NCBI RefSeq assembly: GCF_009914755.1
Contig: NC_060926.1
Strand: one strand, 5' to 3'
Length of the DNA stretch: 64,000 bases
Source of the DNA: the human T2T-CHM13v2.0 reference genome, Homo sapiens
Positions 13,458-25,394 of this stretch are shown piece by piece (the first letter of the stretch is position 1; every line of letters begins with the position of its first letter). The translations under genes and the position numbers were made by a program. The notes below the pieces were generated by a model, which was not told where the DNA came from, did not search any database, and worked only from the letters and a program-made list of their open reading frames with translations.

Positions 13458-14476
13458 GTGAGGCCGGCATCCCGTCAGTGCCAGGCCGTGGGGGGTTCCG
13501 CCTCCTCGCTCCTCATCCACTCCCACTCCTACATCCTGAACATTTCCAATAGCACACCCCTCACGCCTCGGCCTGGGGACAGAGAACAGAGAGAACCCAG
13601 GCAGCCCCAGGGGGAGCCCCGAGTTAGGGGCCTGGTCCCAACCATTTCCCCACACCCCTAAAATGCCAGGCTCTCCCTCTTTTCTCCTCCCTCTGCATCC
13701 AGGCCAGGGAGGCTGGGCTAGCCCAGGCTGTGGTGAGAACCTTGTCCACACTGGAGGGGCCTGCAGGAGTGCCTGGCTCCCAGGGACTAGGGGCACAGGG
13801 TCCCTCTCACCCTCACTCAGCCTTAGGTCTTGGCCTGGGCAGAAACTTGGTGCTTGGTCCTGGTGCTGCCTCCTGCTTGGAGCCCCCAAAATGGAAAATA
13901 CGGGGTGTGGGCTTCTCTGTCCCCTGGGGGCCAGTATCACCTGCCTGGGATCTGAACACACGATGGAAGGCCAGCTCGGAGTGCATGAGGCAGGTGCACA
14001 GGCCGCGCTGTCCTCGTGGCCTGGCCTTCTACCTCTGCCCAGCCTCCTGGCCCTGCCCTAAGCTTCTCCCCACAGGGGGCTCACTGGCTTCTGGTTCGGG
14101 TCCCAACCCAGCCTAGTGGGGACCTGCTGATGGTGGACTCGGGCCCAGTGCAGACCCTGAGATGCAAGTCCCCAAAAGCAGCCTAGAGTCTTCTTCCCTC
14201 CACGAGGCCTGGCCGCAGGAGCGGGCTTCAGCCCTCTGCCTCCCCACTCAGAGCAGAGTCCTTCCCTGCCAAAGCCCCGCCCCGAGGGCCCCCACCTCCA
14301 GCACAGTCCTTGTACTCACTCCAGGAGAAGCTTTCACTGAGGTAGATCCTTGGCTGGAGGTTGGAGCCCACTGGGGAGCTCTGTTGCCTGCCTCTTAGTG
14401 GCAAGAGCTTGCACAGGGGATGCTGTGGCTCCCAGCCTGCTCCTCACATGTCCTCACTGCCAAGGTTCCCTTTCAG

Positions 14477-14579
14477 TTCGGCTTGCCAGGGCCCCCTGGG
14501 CCTCCCGGTCCCCAGGGCCCCCCAGGCCCCATCATCCCACCCGAGGCGCTGCTGAAGGAGTTCCAGCTGCTGCTGAAAG
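14477..14579 (+). CDS. ERFE: Erythroferrone exon 3 (collagen Gly-X-Y repeats)
   Basis: ttcag|TTC and AAAG|gtaggg; [34 protein letters not shown]; 103 nt. Confidence 0.95.
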
Positions 14580-15477
14580 GTAGGGGTGTGCACCGGCTGG
14601 GACACACACACCCCGCTGTGAGCAGGGCCTGGGAGGGTGTCCCGAGGAGCTGACAGGGCCAACCTCAACACTTCGGCGGGCACCCAAGGAGGCACCTGCT
14701 CTGGGCTGGACTCAAGGACAGTAGAGCTGGCCAGGTCCAGTCTCTGCCCCATCTTGGCCCATGTCTGCCAAGGGTCAGGGCTGGGGATGGCTGGGGGTTG
14801 GGAACCATGGCCAGGAGAAGGCTTCACAGAGGAAGGTGGACCTGGCCACTCAGTATGGCGGGTGCTCAGGGACCAGCGCCTATGCCCTGCCTGGAAGTCA
14901 GGAGAGCCCAGCGAAAGGCAGAGGCTAGTGTATGGGGCAGCACCAGGTGGAGCTCAGCCTGGCACCCACAGTCACCACTGGCCAGGGCTGGGGCAGCCTG
15001 CCCTGGAGGAGGCAGGGCTGAGTGGAGCCGCGGAGTCCACACTGAGGCCTCCTGCAGAGCGGCGGCTCACATTAGTCATTAGAATTGAGCCGTTTTTTCC
15101 TTTTAGTTCAATGTCCTGTTCGTTTAAATATAGCACCTTCTGCGCTGAAGAACCTCCTTGTACTTCCAGTAAAGCTGCAATCGCTTATTTTACCCCCAGC
15201 GTCTTTGGAAAATGTGGGTGGGGTAGAGGTGAGGCTGGAGGCCAAGGGCGCTGGGGCACTTCTGCCCGAGCTTCCCAAATCTTGAGGGAAACGGGAGCCG
15301 CTGCAGGGTCAGGACGCAAAGACTCCGAGGCCCTTCAGGCCGAGGGGACGTCGCCCTCGCCCCACCCCTGCGCCCGGCAGGCCCCTGGTCTCGCTAGCAC
15401 CTGTCGTTCAGGGCTGGACCCACGCGGCGGGCGGGTGAGGGGTCCCTGGCGCGCGGCCACCGCTCGCTCTGTGCCAG

Positions 15478-15740
15478 GTGCGGTGCGGCAGCGGGAGCGC
15501 GCGGAGCCCGAACCCTGTACGTGTGGCCCCGCCGGGCCGGTCGCTGCGAGCCTCGCCCCGGTCTCGGCCACCGCCGGGGAGGACGACGACGACGTGGTGG
15601 GGGACGTGCTGGCACTGCTGGCCGCGCCCCTGGCCCCGGGGCCGCGGGCGCCGCGCGTGGAGGCCGCTTTCCTCTGCCGCCTGCGCCGGGACGCGTTGGT
15701 GGAGCGGCGCGCGCTGCACGAGCTTGGCGTCTACTACCTG
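15478..15740 (+). CDS. ERFE: Erythroferrone exon 4
   Basis: ccag|GT and CTG|gtgagt; [14 protein letters not shown]...[29 protein letters not shown], start of the C1q/TNF-like domain; 263 nt. Confidence 0.95.
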
Positions 15741-15815
15741 GTGAGTGCCGGCGCGCGGGAGGGCGGGTGAGTCCGGCCGGGCGGGAGCCGGGGTGACCAT
15801 CCGTGCCCCTCGCAG

Positions 15816-15924
15816 CCCGACGCCGAGGGTGCCTTCCGCCGCGGCCCGGGCCTGAACTTGACCAGCGGCCAGTACAGGGCGCCCGTGGCTGGCTTCTACG
15901 CTCTCGCCGCCACGCTGCACGTGG
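15816..15924 (+). CDS. ERFE: Erythroferrone exon 5
   Basis: gcag|CCC and GTGG|gtgagg; [36 protein letters not shown] with C1q-domain GxY/GFY pattern; 109 nt. Confidence 0.95.
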
Positions 15925-16010
15925 GTGAGGCCCGGGGCGTGGGAGGATCGCCCGCTCTGTCGCCCACCCCGCCGCCCGCCCGCTTGACCACGTCCCACCC
16001 TCCCCCGCAG

Positions 16011-16101
16011 CGCTCGGGGAGCCGCCGAGGAGGGGGCCGCCGCGCCCCCGGGACCACCTGCGCCTGCTCATCTGCATCCAGTCCCGGTGCCAGCGCAACG
16101 C
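16011..16101 (+). CDS. ERFE: Erythroferrone exon 6
   Basis: gcag|CG and GC|gtgagt; [31 protein letters not shown]; 91 nt. Confidence 0.93.
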
Positions 16102-16314
16102 GTGAGTGTACCCCGGCCCGGACCCCACACCCGCATTCGCTCGGCCTCCACAAGCTGGAGGTGGTTAAACAGGCACTGGACGGGGCTTCCGCCCGTTCAC
16201 ACCCCACCGTGGCCTAGGTGACCCCACACCTTCTTCCAGGTCTCCCGGTCTACTTCTGCCCCTATCAGGCCTTCCCTTCACAGCAACTGGGAGCTGTTAA
16301 AAATGACCTTTCCA

Positions 16315-16650
<336 letters not shown>

Positions 16651-17346
16651 TCACCTCCTCCCCAGGTCCTAGGAGGCCGGGCTCCTCCTAGCCTCCCAAC
16701 TCCTTCCCACCTCAGGGACTTTCATCTTGGGGCTCGAAGCACCAGTGTTACTTCAAGAGGCCTCTCCAGACAGCTTTCTGGAGGCCCCCTCCTCAGTCGC
16801 CCTCCCACTCCTCACCCGGGAACTTTCTTCCCCATGATCGCATCCCTTGCTCCTGCACCATCTGGCCCACGAGTGCAGTGACTGTGAGCTCCCTGTCTCC
16901 CCACACCCAGAAGGGAGCCCAGGTACAGCGGAGATACCCTGCGGGTAGGATAGCTGGAGCAGACTTGAATGAATGGATCAAGTCCAAAACTTCTTAGTCT
17001 GCCTTTGAACCCCCAGAGTGTGTTGGCCTGAACTAACTTAGCATCACCTGCCACCACATCCCCACTTCCGGCTGCATCAGCCAGTGTCCTGTTTCCCATC
17101 AGAGCCAGGGCTTTGCTGCCTCTTGCTGGGCCCTCGCCTTGCCTTTCCCAATACAGCAAGCATGCCTCTGGCCCTGTGTCCTTCCTCCTCTTGGGGACTC
17201 GGTTCAGACACCACCTCCACTGGAAGACCTGGCCAGGGTCAGGCACTTTGCTGGGCATGTGTTGGCTGCTGGCAGGATTGTGTGTCGTAGGTGAAGTTGG
17301 TGGGGTCTCATGGGGCAGGCTGACCCTCCCTCTGTTTTGGGTACAG

Positions 17347-17425
17347 CTCCCTGGAGGCCATCATGGGCCTGGAGAGCAGCAGTGAGCTCTTCACCATCTC
17401 TGTGAATGGCGTCCTGTACCTGCAG
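17347..17425 (+). CDS. ERFE: Erythroferrone exon 7
   Basis: acag|C and CAG|gtgagt; [26 protein letters not shown]; 79 nt. Confidence 0.94.
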
Positions 17426-18174
17426 GTGAGTGCGGCAGGCTTGGGCATCGAGGGGCACCGCCTGGGCATGGCCACGGGTGGCTGGGTGCAGAAGGGTGCT
17501 GTTAGATGCTCAGGATCACTGGGTCGGGTGCAGCACCCTCAGACTCCAGGCCTGGGAGAGGGTCCAGGACATGCCAAGTTCTCACTTTGGTCTGGGCGCA
17601 GCCAGGCTTCAAGTCCTGATCTCCTTCCTCCAAACACAGCCCTTCCCCGAGGGCACCTGCCCGCTTGAGCAGCTGCTCCGCTCTGCATTCCCAATATTCA
17701 GACTCCCTGAGCACCTCATCCTGAGGCCCAGTACTCCTGGCCACCACAAGCCCGCTGAAGGGACTGGTGCAGGGAGGGAATGGAGGCCAGCACTCTGCCC
17801 AGGCTGACGCCCTGAGTCCCCTGTGACTATGGGAAGCCAGATACGTTATTTTCCTACCCAAAACCCTAAGTGACCATCTCTGGCACTGTGGGAATTTTGG
17901 CAAGTGGTAGAGAAATGGACATAAAGGTGGAATTTACTAACAAAGAAAACAATTGAGTGCAGGTGTGTGGAATAACAGCTGCTATTGAATTCTCCCAGAG
18001 CTTTGGAGAAGGTAGAGCTACTCCCCGAGTTAGCCCAAGTTCACACAGCAGAGCCAGAAATGGAGGCCAGGCTGTCTGGCCCAGAGTCTGTGCTTGCTGA
18101 AAGGCATTTAGAGGTCCCTTCTGGGTGCCACACAGCATGCTTGGTGAACTCAGATGGTCTCTGCCCCACCTGGA

Positions 18175-18302
18175 TCTTAAGATGCAGATCCTGAGGCAGG
18201 TCTGGGTGGATCCCAGATTCTGCATTTCTGGGAGTTCCCAGGGAATGTGACACTGCTGGTGCATGACCACGCTGCTGGTGCATGACCACGTTTGGAGCAG
18301 CC
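18175..18302. mobile_element. MER5-like hAT DNA transposon fragment with internal 19-bp tandem duplication
   Basis: gatgcagatcctgagg...cagattctgcatttct...; ctgctggtgcatgaccacg occurs twice (18253-18290). Confidence 0.6.
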
Positions 18303-18696
18303 AGGCTAGAGTGCTGGTTTCACGGAAGGCTCTGCCAAATGACTGCCTGTGGGGAAGGGCCACCCTCCCACCTGACTTGGAGCCCTTGCAGGCTCTGAGA
18401 AGCCCTGCAGCTGAGAAACCTGTTGGACTCTTGAATCCCACTCTGGCCTTGAGCAGGGGCCCACTCCCACACACGCGAACTGTAGGGCGCTGCAGGGAAA
18501 GCAGAAGAGGTGCTGGGTGGGGCCCAACCCGTGCGGGCCCTTGCTCTGTGACCTTGGCGGCCACATTCTTCTCTGGGCCTGAGCCCTTCCCAAAAGCGGG
18601 GCTGAGTGGGCAGGAGGGAGTGTGGCTGGCTGGCCCTTGGGTCACCTCTGCAGGCTGTTGGGGTGGCCCAGTGCCTCAAAGGCACCCTCCTTGCAG

Positions 18697-18795
18697 ATGG
18701 GGCAGTGGACCTCCGTGTTCTTGGACAACGCCAGCGGCTGCTCCCTCACAGTGCGCAGTGGCTCCCACTTCAGTGCTGTCCTCCTGGGCGTGTGA
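18697..18795 (+). CDS. ERFE: Erythroferrone exon 8 (last coding exon)
   Basis: gcag|ATG; [32 protein letters not shown] then TGA; eight exons total 1065 nt = 354 aa plus stop. Confidence 0.95.
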   Translation: MGQWTSVFLDNASGCSLTVRSGSHFSAVLLGV

Positions 18796-20610
18796 GCGGC
18801 CACCACAGGCCCTTCCTCTCAGGGGCAAATGGAGCACAGATCTAGACAATGTGTGGACAGTGTCAGAGTAGCAGTGGCCACATGGAGGAGGAGGCCCACC
18901 CGGAACTCTGCCCACACTGGCCACTGCAGTTCAGCCCACAGAGCCACTGCAGGCAGGCCTACGGACGTGACACGCACGCTGGTGGTCCCGGAGCCAGGGT
19001 TGATTCAGGACACCATCTTGGGCTCTTATCCAGGAAAGAAAGAGTCGGCGTGCCTGGGGGCACCTGCTAGTCTCCAGCTGCAGGCCGACTCTTTCCTGGC
19101 CTGCTCAGCACCTGCCCAGATGGCCTCTGCGTCTTTCCTGTGCCCAGCCCCACCTTTTCCACCTCTCTTCATGTTCTCATGGAGTGCAAAGTGCACCAGC
19201 CAGGGCCCCTACCTGGGAGAGGGTCAGCTGACGCAGGGCTGAGGGGGCTGCCACAGGGACGTACGCTGTGTGTTCTTACTGCTTAGAAGGGACGGGGTCA
19301 CTCACCACTCCCCTGGTCTCCATCTGGGCTCCTTGGTCTTCCCTGCCCCTCCCCTAACCGTGTTCTACCTGCCAGTGGAGCTGAGCACTGCCTAGCCTGG
19401 GCCAGAGGGGCACTGGACAAGGGCCTTTGGGGGACAGTAAGTCTGGGCCCAGCTTCTAGTTCTAATGTGTGCAAGATTAACTCACAAATTCACCTCAGAA
19501 GGCCTTTCCAAATGGGAGCTCCACTCTTCCCCTCCTCTGCAAATCTTCACAGCCAAGGCCCCTTCCACCCTCTCCAGAGGTGGATGAGATCCCTTTTCCC
19601 CTCCCCTCTGAGGTGCTGACTCACTGGTAGGAGCCACCCACCAGAGGAAAGATCTAGAACGTCTTTACAGATTGGAGACAGCCGGGCCTGCTGACCCATC
19701 ATCCGAATAGCTGAAGCAGAGTCTTCCACCAGGGGTGCCAGGGCCTGGCTGGGTCCAGCGGCTCTGGGATGAGCCTCCCAAGCATCTTTCCCACTTGGGT
19801 GGCCATGCGGCGCTGACATTGGACAGGTGGTGGACGAGAGATGGTCCCGAGAAAGGGTGGTCTTGGGAGGGCTGGTCCCAAGCCTGCTGTGCTCCTGTGG
19901 CAGTGATGGGGCCTGGGGATGGGGACGGCAGCTCTCATGAGGACACACAGGCTGTGAGCCCGCAGCCTCCTCAAATGTAGCCTCCCACATTTTCCCCAAA
20001 GTACAGGACTGTCCCAGAGTAGGTAGTGAAGAGGACAAGGCCCTCGGCAGCGACCTCCAGGGCCTCCTACCTGCTGAGGAAGAGTTAACCCACTGCCTCC
20101 CCACACAACAGGCTACGAAGAACCTGGTGCCTCAGGACCTCCTGGGAGCCAAGCTGGTCTGGCAAGGGCGCTCAGGCCTGGGAGAGAAGGGAGCAATGGC
20201 CAGTCACCTTCACCTTCTAACTAACTAGCCTCCGGATGAGGTGGCTGCCACCAGGCCCGAATGATCCCCAGGAGCCCAGCTTCCAAACCCCAACATCGAA
20301 TCAAACATCTCCATCCCCAAGTGCAGTAACACACAAAAACCAAACACTCTGCCCTGGGAAAGGCCTGGTGCGATTCTCAGTAGGACTCACACCCACCCTA
20401 CCTAGAAGTACTGGGCTGGCCTGGGTACTGCATCCGTGTGTTTTGATAAGGGGGTGATGTGGCCACGCCCTTATCTAGATTTCACTTTGTATCCACTGGG
20501 CACAGATATTCTAGAGAACTTATCTTTCACTCTTGTAAAAGCCACATATCCACATCTCTTTCATTTTTCTCAGTGTGTTATGCAGCAATTTATTAAAGTA
20601 TTTATTGTCT

Positions 20611-20616
20611 AATAAA
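20611..20616 (+). terminator. ERFE: ERFE polyadenylation signal
   Basis: AATAAA in an AU-rich context, with ATTAAA at 20592 upstream. Confidence 0.8.
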
Positions 20617-22163
20617 TACTGCCAAGTGGAATATATTTATATAACTGACTTCGTGGGGTGGTTCAAGTACTTACTTAAGAACTATGTGACACAACAGTTA
20701 CAAAACAAAAGGCAGACCTTAAGATCCGGAATCAATCCTTTAGCCCAGGTTCACTAAACTAAGCACAGTAAGGAGGAACCTGGAAGGTGAAGTGGAGATG
20801 GCCTCCAGCCTCTACGTGGGAGGGACTCCCTTGAAGGCTGGGAGTGAACCTTCCTGGGAAACTAGGGTCAAGCCTCTCGGGAACAGTGGGACATAGGGAT
20901 GTATGAGTCACAGACATCAGTGTGCAAACACCTGGTTTGCTATAGGAAGATAGTTACCAAATGAATGGTTCTATTTCCTGATTCTGGGGTGCCAGGGCTC
21001 TTTTCTTCAATGAGGCCACACTGTACAATGTCCCAGTCCTCAAACTGAAATGGGTACTTGGCTCTTAAAACTCCCTGGGGAAGGAAGGGGCAGCACCAAC
21101 ACTTCGTTCAGTTCTTACTTGTGGCTTTTACACAACAGACCCCCAGGAGGCATCTAAGGTTTACATGAAGCCTTTACCACTGAGGTCCTCGCAGCATGGA
21201 TACCAATTCCACTCAATCAACTGGGTGATAAAACCATGTGTGTGTGTTGGGTGGGGGCCAGGGAACATTACAAAACAGATTCTGAAAACGCAAATTTTTA
21301 GAATCTTACATCATCCTGAGCCAAACATTTACACAAAAGGATCCAAGAGCTGCTTTACTAAAAACTACTTACAGTCATAATGATGACGTTTTCTATATAA
21401 ACAAGTGCTTGAAAAGTATTTTAAAGCTTATTCTTCTGAGCTTATTATTCTTCATGCACTCTTTTCATGCTTTTAACATCTTTAACAGAAGTGTCCCCCT
21501 TTGAGGTGTTATTGCAAAGATTAACCTCATTCCAGCACAGGGCCAACTCCCCACACCTACCTCACGTGGGAAGCAGAATTTCCGGGCCATGCTGAGCAGC
21601 CGGCTGCCTGCTCCAACAGGAAGGTGCACACCTACACCCAGGGAGTCCAGATGGAAGCCACTGAACCGAGTCCTCCACAGACTCCTTCCACCAGACTGCA
21701 GCTCTCACCAATGGAATGAGAATGGCTAATTCTGTACTGTTTCTGGCAGGTCTGATGCATGAGTAACCTTGTCTATGAGTCTATTTCCTGGCTAAGCCTG
21801 AGCTCATGCTATGTAACATTTTGCAACACTATTTCCATAGGGAAAACTGAAAAGAGCTAGAGGGTTCCCAAAGCCCTGGTCTGGGCCTAGCCTTGACTAA
21901 CCAGTCATCCCCTGGGTCTCTTCATTGCAACATGCCACTTCCCCAACCAGGGTCATCATGACAGTGAAAGCACAGCAAAATGCCCGTGAACTACAAAACA
22001 TCACACAACCAGCAGCCTGCAGGCCACTACGAGCCAGTCCAAGATGCCTATAATGGTTTTAACAAGGAAAGACAGCATATTCAAAAGCAAACACAATCTC
22101 TGAAGGGTCAAGAGGTGCTCACAGTATAATAACTCAAAAGACTAGGAAAAAAAAAGAGAAACC

Positions 22164-22169
22164 TTTATT
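22164..22169 (-). terminator. ILKAP: ILKAP polyadenylation signal
   Basis: TTTATT on plus (AATAAA on minus) about 110 nt after the stop, followed by a U-rich tract on the minus strand. Confidence 0.85.
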
Positions 22170-22276
22170 TACAACCATGGGAGTCCCACAGGAGTACACA
22201 AAACACACAATGTGCACACACACAAAATGAACCTTTTAAGTCAATACCATGCGTGCTCCTGGCCGCGCGCCACCCC

Positions 22277-22417
22277 TCAGTGCCCTATCCGCACCACCAT
22301 CACAGTGACGTTGTCGGCCGAGCCCCGCTGCACCGCCTTGTTGGCCAGCCTGTTGCAGGCTGCTTCGTAGCGGGCGTCGGCTGCGGACTTCCCTTCCCGG
22401 GTCTGGATCTTTTCATC
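22277..22417 (-). CDS. ILKAP: ILK-associated serine/threonine phosphatase 2C, exon 12 (last)
   Basis: DEKIQTREGKSAADARYEAACNRLANKAVQRGSADNVTVMVVRIGH then TGA; PP2C GSxDN motif; total CDS 1179 nt = 392 aa. Confidence 0.95.
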   Translation of the reverse strand, partial: DEKIQTREGKSAADARYEAACNRLANKAVQRGSADNVTVMVVRIGH

Positions 22418-22683
22418 CTACCAGATGAGAAAGGGAATGAGTGAATGGAGTGACCCCGCACCCTGTCACTTTCCTGAGACATGACTGCCAGGAAGAAGAG
22501 CTGCTCTGGTCTCCATCAGGGCTGGCAGGACAAACTGACCAGTGAGTCAGTAGGCAGAGTTCACACTGAAAAAGGGCACAAGGGCTGTCCCACAATGGGA
22601 GGAAATGGGGTCTCAGAACTTCTACTTCTCTGAAAACTAAGACACAATTGGGACAACCACCACCCCCGTGTGAGATTTCTCAC

Positions 22684-22765
22684 CTCGAGACAGGACAAGA
22701 TGAAGTTCACGGCTTCTTCTGGGGTAAAGACCTTGAAGAGCCCATCACAGGCCAACAAAATGAAC
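22684..22765 (-). CDS. ILKAP: ILKAP exon 11
   Basis: FILLACDGLFKVFTPEEAVNFILSCLE; PP2C ACDG motif; AG/GT boundaries; 82 nt. Confidence 0.95.
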
Positions 22766-22883
22766 CTACAACACCAGGGAGAAATATAAACGGGTTTTAG
22801 GCCCAACCAAAAAATAAAAAATAAAAAAAGGGCCTGGAGATGGAGATAAAATAAATATTTGTCCAACTATTCAAAGGCTAAGG

Positions 22884-23201
<318 letters not shown>

Positions 23202-23759
23202 AGGCTAAGATTTGTTTAAACCCACTTAATTTCTGAGACAAAGGTTTAAACTACTTACAAGTATTTGTGGATAGGATGTTATACATCAAAACTGAGACTA
23301 TCCTTCTCTTCGCCAATTAACAGAATTATTAATTACCTCAAACATTAGGTGCTGTACTTTCTTAGGCAAACTCCAGAAAAATCACTGAATAAAAACATGG
23401 GTGTTATGGTAAATATACAAGAATTTATAACACCATAGGCCTTACACCACTTCCAGACATAAAGCTGAGAATGAGCCCAGCCTCGGTGAAACATCCTTGG
23501 GCACACACTGCACAGCTTGGGGCTGCATCCAAGACCGAGGCCCAAGAAGGGGCAGCTGTGCGTGTTCCTGTGTTTGAAAACCACATGCTCTCCCTTTCAG
23601 AATCAAACCCCCCTAGACCGTCCCTGGAATCTTTCTGAACACCAATGGATTCAATGTGACAGTTCTAGTTTTCCTGGCATTGGGGGTGGGGAATACGCAT
23701 CCCCACAGCTTTGCGGTATAAGCCACCCTCCTTTTCTCACTGTAATATCTGTGGGGTTT

Positions 23760-24092
23760 TTTTGTGTTTTTTTTTCTTTGTTTTTTGTTGCTGCTGCTGC
23801 TGTTGTTGTTGAGGCGGACTTTCCCTCTTGTTGCCCAGGCTGGAGAGCAATGGCATGATCTCGCTCACTGTAACCTCCGCCTCCCAGGTTCAAGTGATTC
23901 TCCTGCCTCAGCCTCCTGAGTAGCTGGGATTACAGGCGCCCACCACCACGCCTGGCTAATTTTTGTATTTTTGGTAGAGATGAGGTTTTGCCATGTTGGC
24001 CAGGCTGGCCTCAAACTCCTGACCACAGGTGATCCACCTGCCTCCGCCTCCCAAAGTGTTGGGATTACAGGCGTGAGCCACCACACCCAGCC
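23760..24092 (-). mobile_element. Alu with tail decayed into (TGC/TGT)n
   Basis: Alu consensus preceded by ttgctgctgctgctgttgttgtt. Confidence 0.9.
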
Positions 24093-25274
24093 TGTTTTCC
24101 TCGTTTAACTAGGCTTTCACTCGGCCGCTACTTGCCGAGCCTATCGTCCATGCTGAGAACACCGTGGGGCCTAGTCCTGGCAGGCTCCCACCCCTTCCAG
24201 TGTCCTGAGACTCAGACCCTCAATAACCAATCACACAGACCCATGACTACAACCCAGGAAGGCGAGCTAGGAAGCAAAGCAGAAGGTGCATCCTTCAGAA
24301 CACCAGAGGCGGCGGCTGCTGGAGAGATGATGGAGGACCCCGCGGTACGTGAGAACATGACAAACACACTGAAGAAGATGTGGAGAATGGGGCAGTGGCT
24401 CAAGACAAGGCCAAGCAGGCGAGTGCCAAAGCAAGGCACGCGCTCTTCATCCGCAGCACTGGGGCGGGACTCAGAGCAGCACTCGGAGGCCCACTCGCCA
24501 CAGTGCCACTAGTGTCTCTGGCCTCCCCTCATCAACTCAGTGCTGTGAATCCTGCTTCCGGGAGCTTTCCTTGACCCCTCCTGCTACTGCCTTAGTTCAG
24601 CCCTTCATCATCAGGCCAGGGCTGCTGCACCGCTGCTCACAGGCCTCCCTAGCCCCATAATGCCATCTTTAACCATCACCTGTTGAGGCCCTGCCCTCAG
24701 CCAGCACGGTGCCGTACCCTTAGGCATGGAGAACAGGAGATGAACAGGTGAACTGTCTCTTTCTCAACCGATCCTGGCTCTGTGTAAAAACCTATGATTC
24801 TCCACCAATGATCAACTAAAGTTCAAACTCTCCAGCATGGGGCTGAGGGCCGGCCCTTCAGGATCTGCCCCCAAAGTACCCTGCTATCACTTTCCCACCA
24901 CTCCCTCCGTCCCTCAAGCGCCTGTCTGGCCATGCTTTCACACTGTCACATTTTAATGCCTTACTGTGTGTTCCCTCTGCCAGGAAGCCCCTTCTCCTCT
25001 CTCTGACAGGGATAACCCCTTCCCCTACTGCCAAAGACCCCAGCACACAGCACATGCCTAGGACACACTGGACTGCAGCTGCCCATCCCCATGTGTCCCC
25101 CCCTACCACTGTGGACCCCACCAGAGCAGAAACCACATTTTGTTTATCTCTGCACCCCCAGGGCCTAGCACCATGCACACCTTCCCTCCAACAAAGGCTT
25201 GATAGAAACTGGAAGTGAGGAAGAGAAATAAACCCACATGCACACACACCTGTGCCTCTTATAGGGCCTTTTAC

Positions 25275-25394
25275 CTGTCATTGGGGGTCAGCTGGCAGCG
25301 TCTGATGTCGGGCACAGAGGTGACACCGCAGCGCTTGTACTGCCCGTCCCCAATGGAGCGTGACACCTCTAGCACGCCCAAAACACGCCCATCC
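25275..25394 (-). CDS. ILKAP: ILKAP exon 10
   Basis: DGRVLGVLEVSRSIGDGQYKRCGVTSVPDIRRCQLTPND; SRSIGD motif; 120 nt. Confidence 0.95.

Larger units (their letters stand above)
15290..16200. promoter_or_regulatory. ERFE: Intragenic CpG island over ERFE exons 4-6
   Basis: Very high CpG density, including the 75-nt and 86-nt introns. Confidence 0.8.

Noticed and set aside
18793-18800. Stop-codon readthrough of ERFE
   Set aside because: Context is TGA-GCGG, not the TGA-CTAG readthrough motif
17866-18871. 259-aa (-) and 202-aa (+) ORFs around ERFE intron 7 and exon 8
   Set aside because: They overlap a MER5-like relic, and the plus ORF is out of frame with the true exon 8; no domain signal
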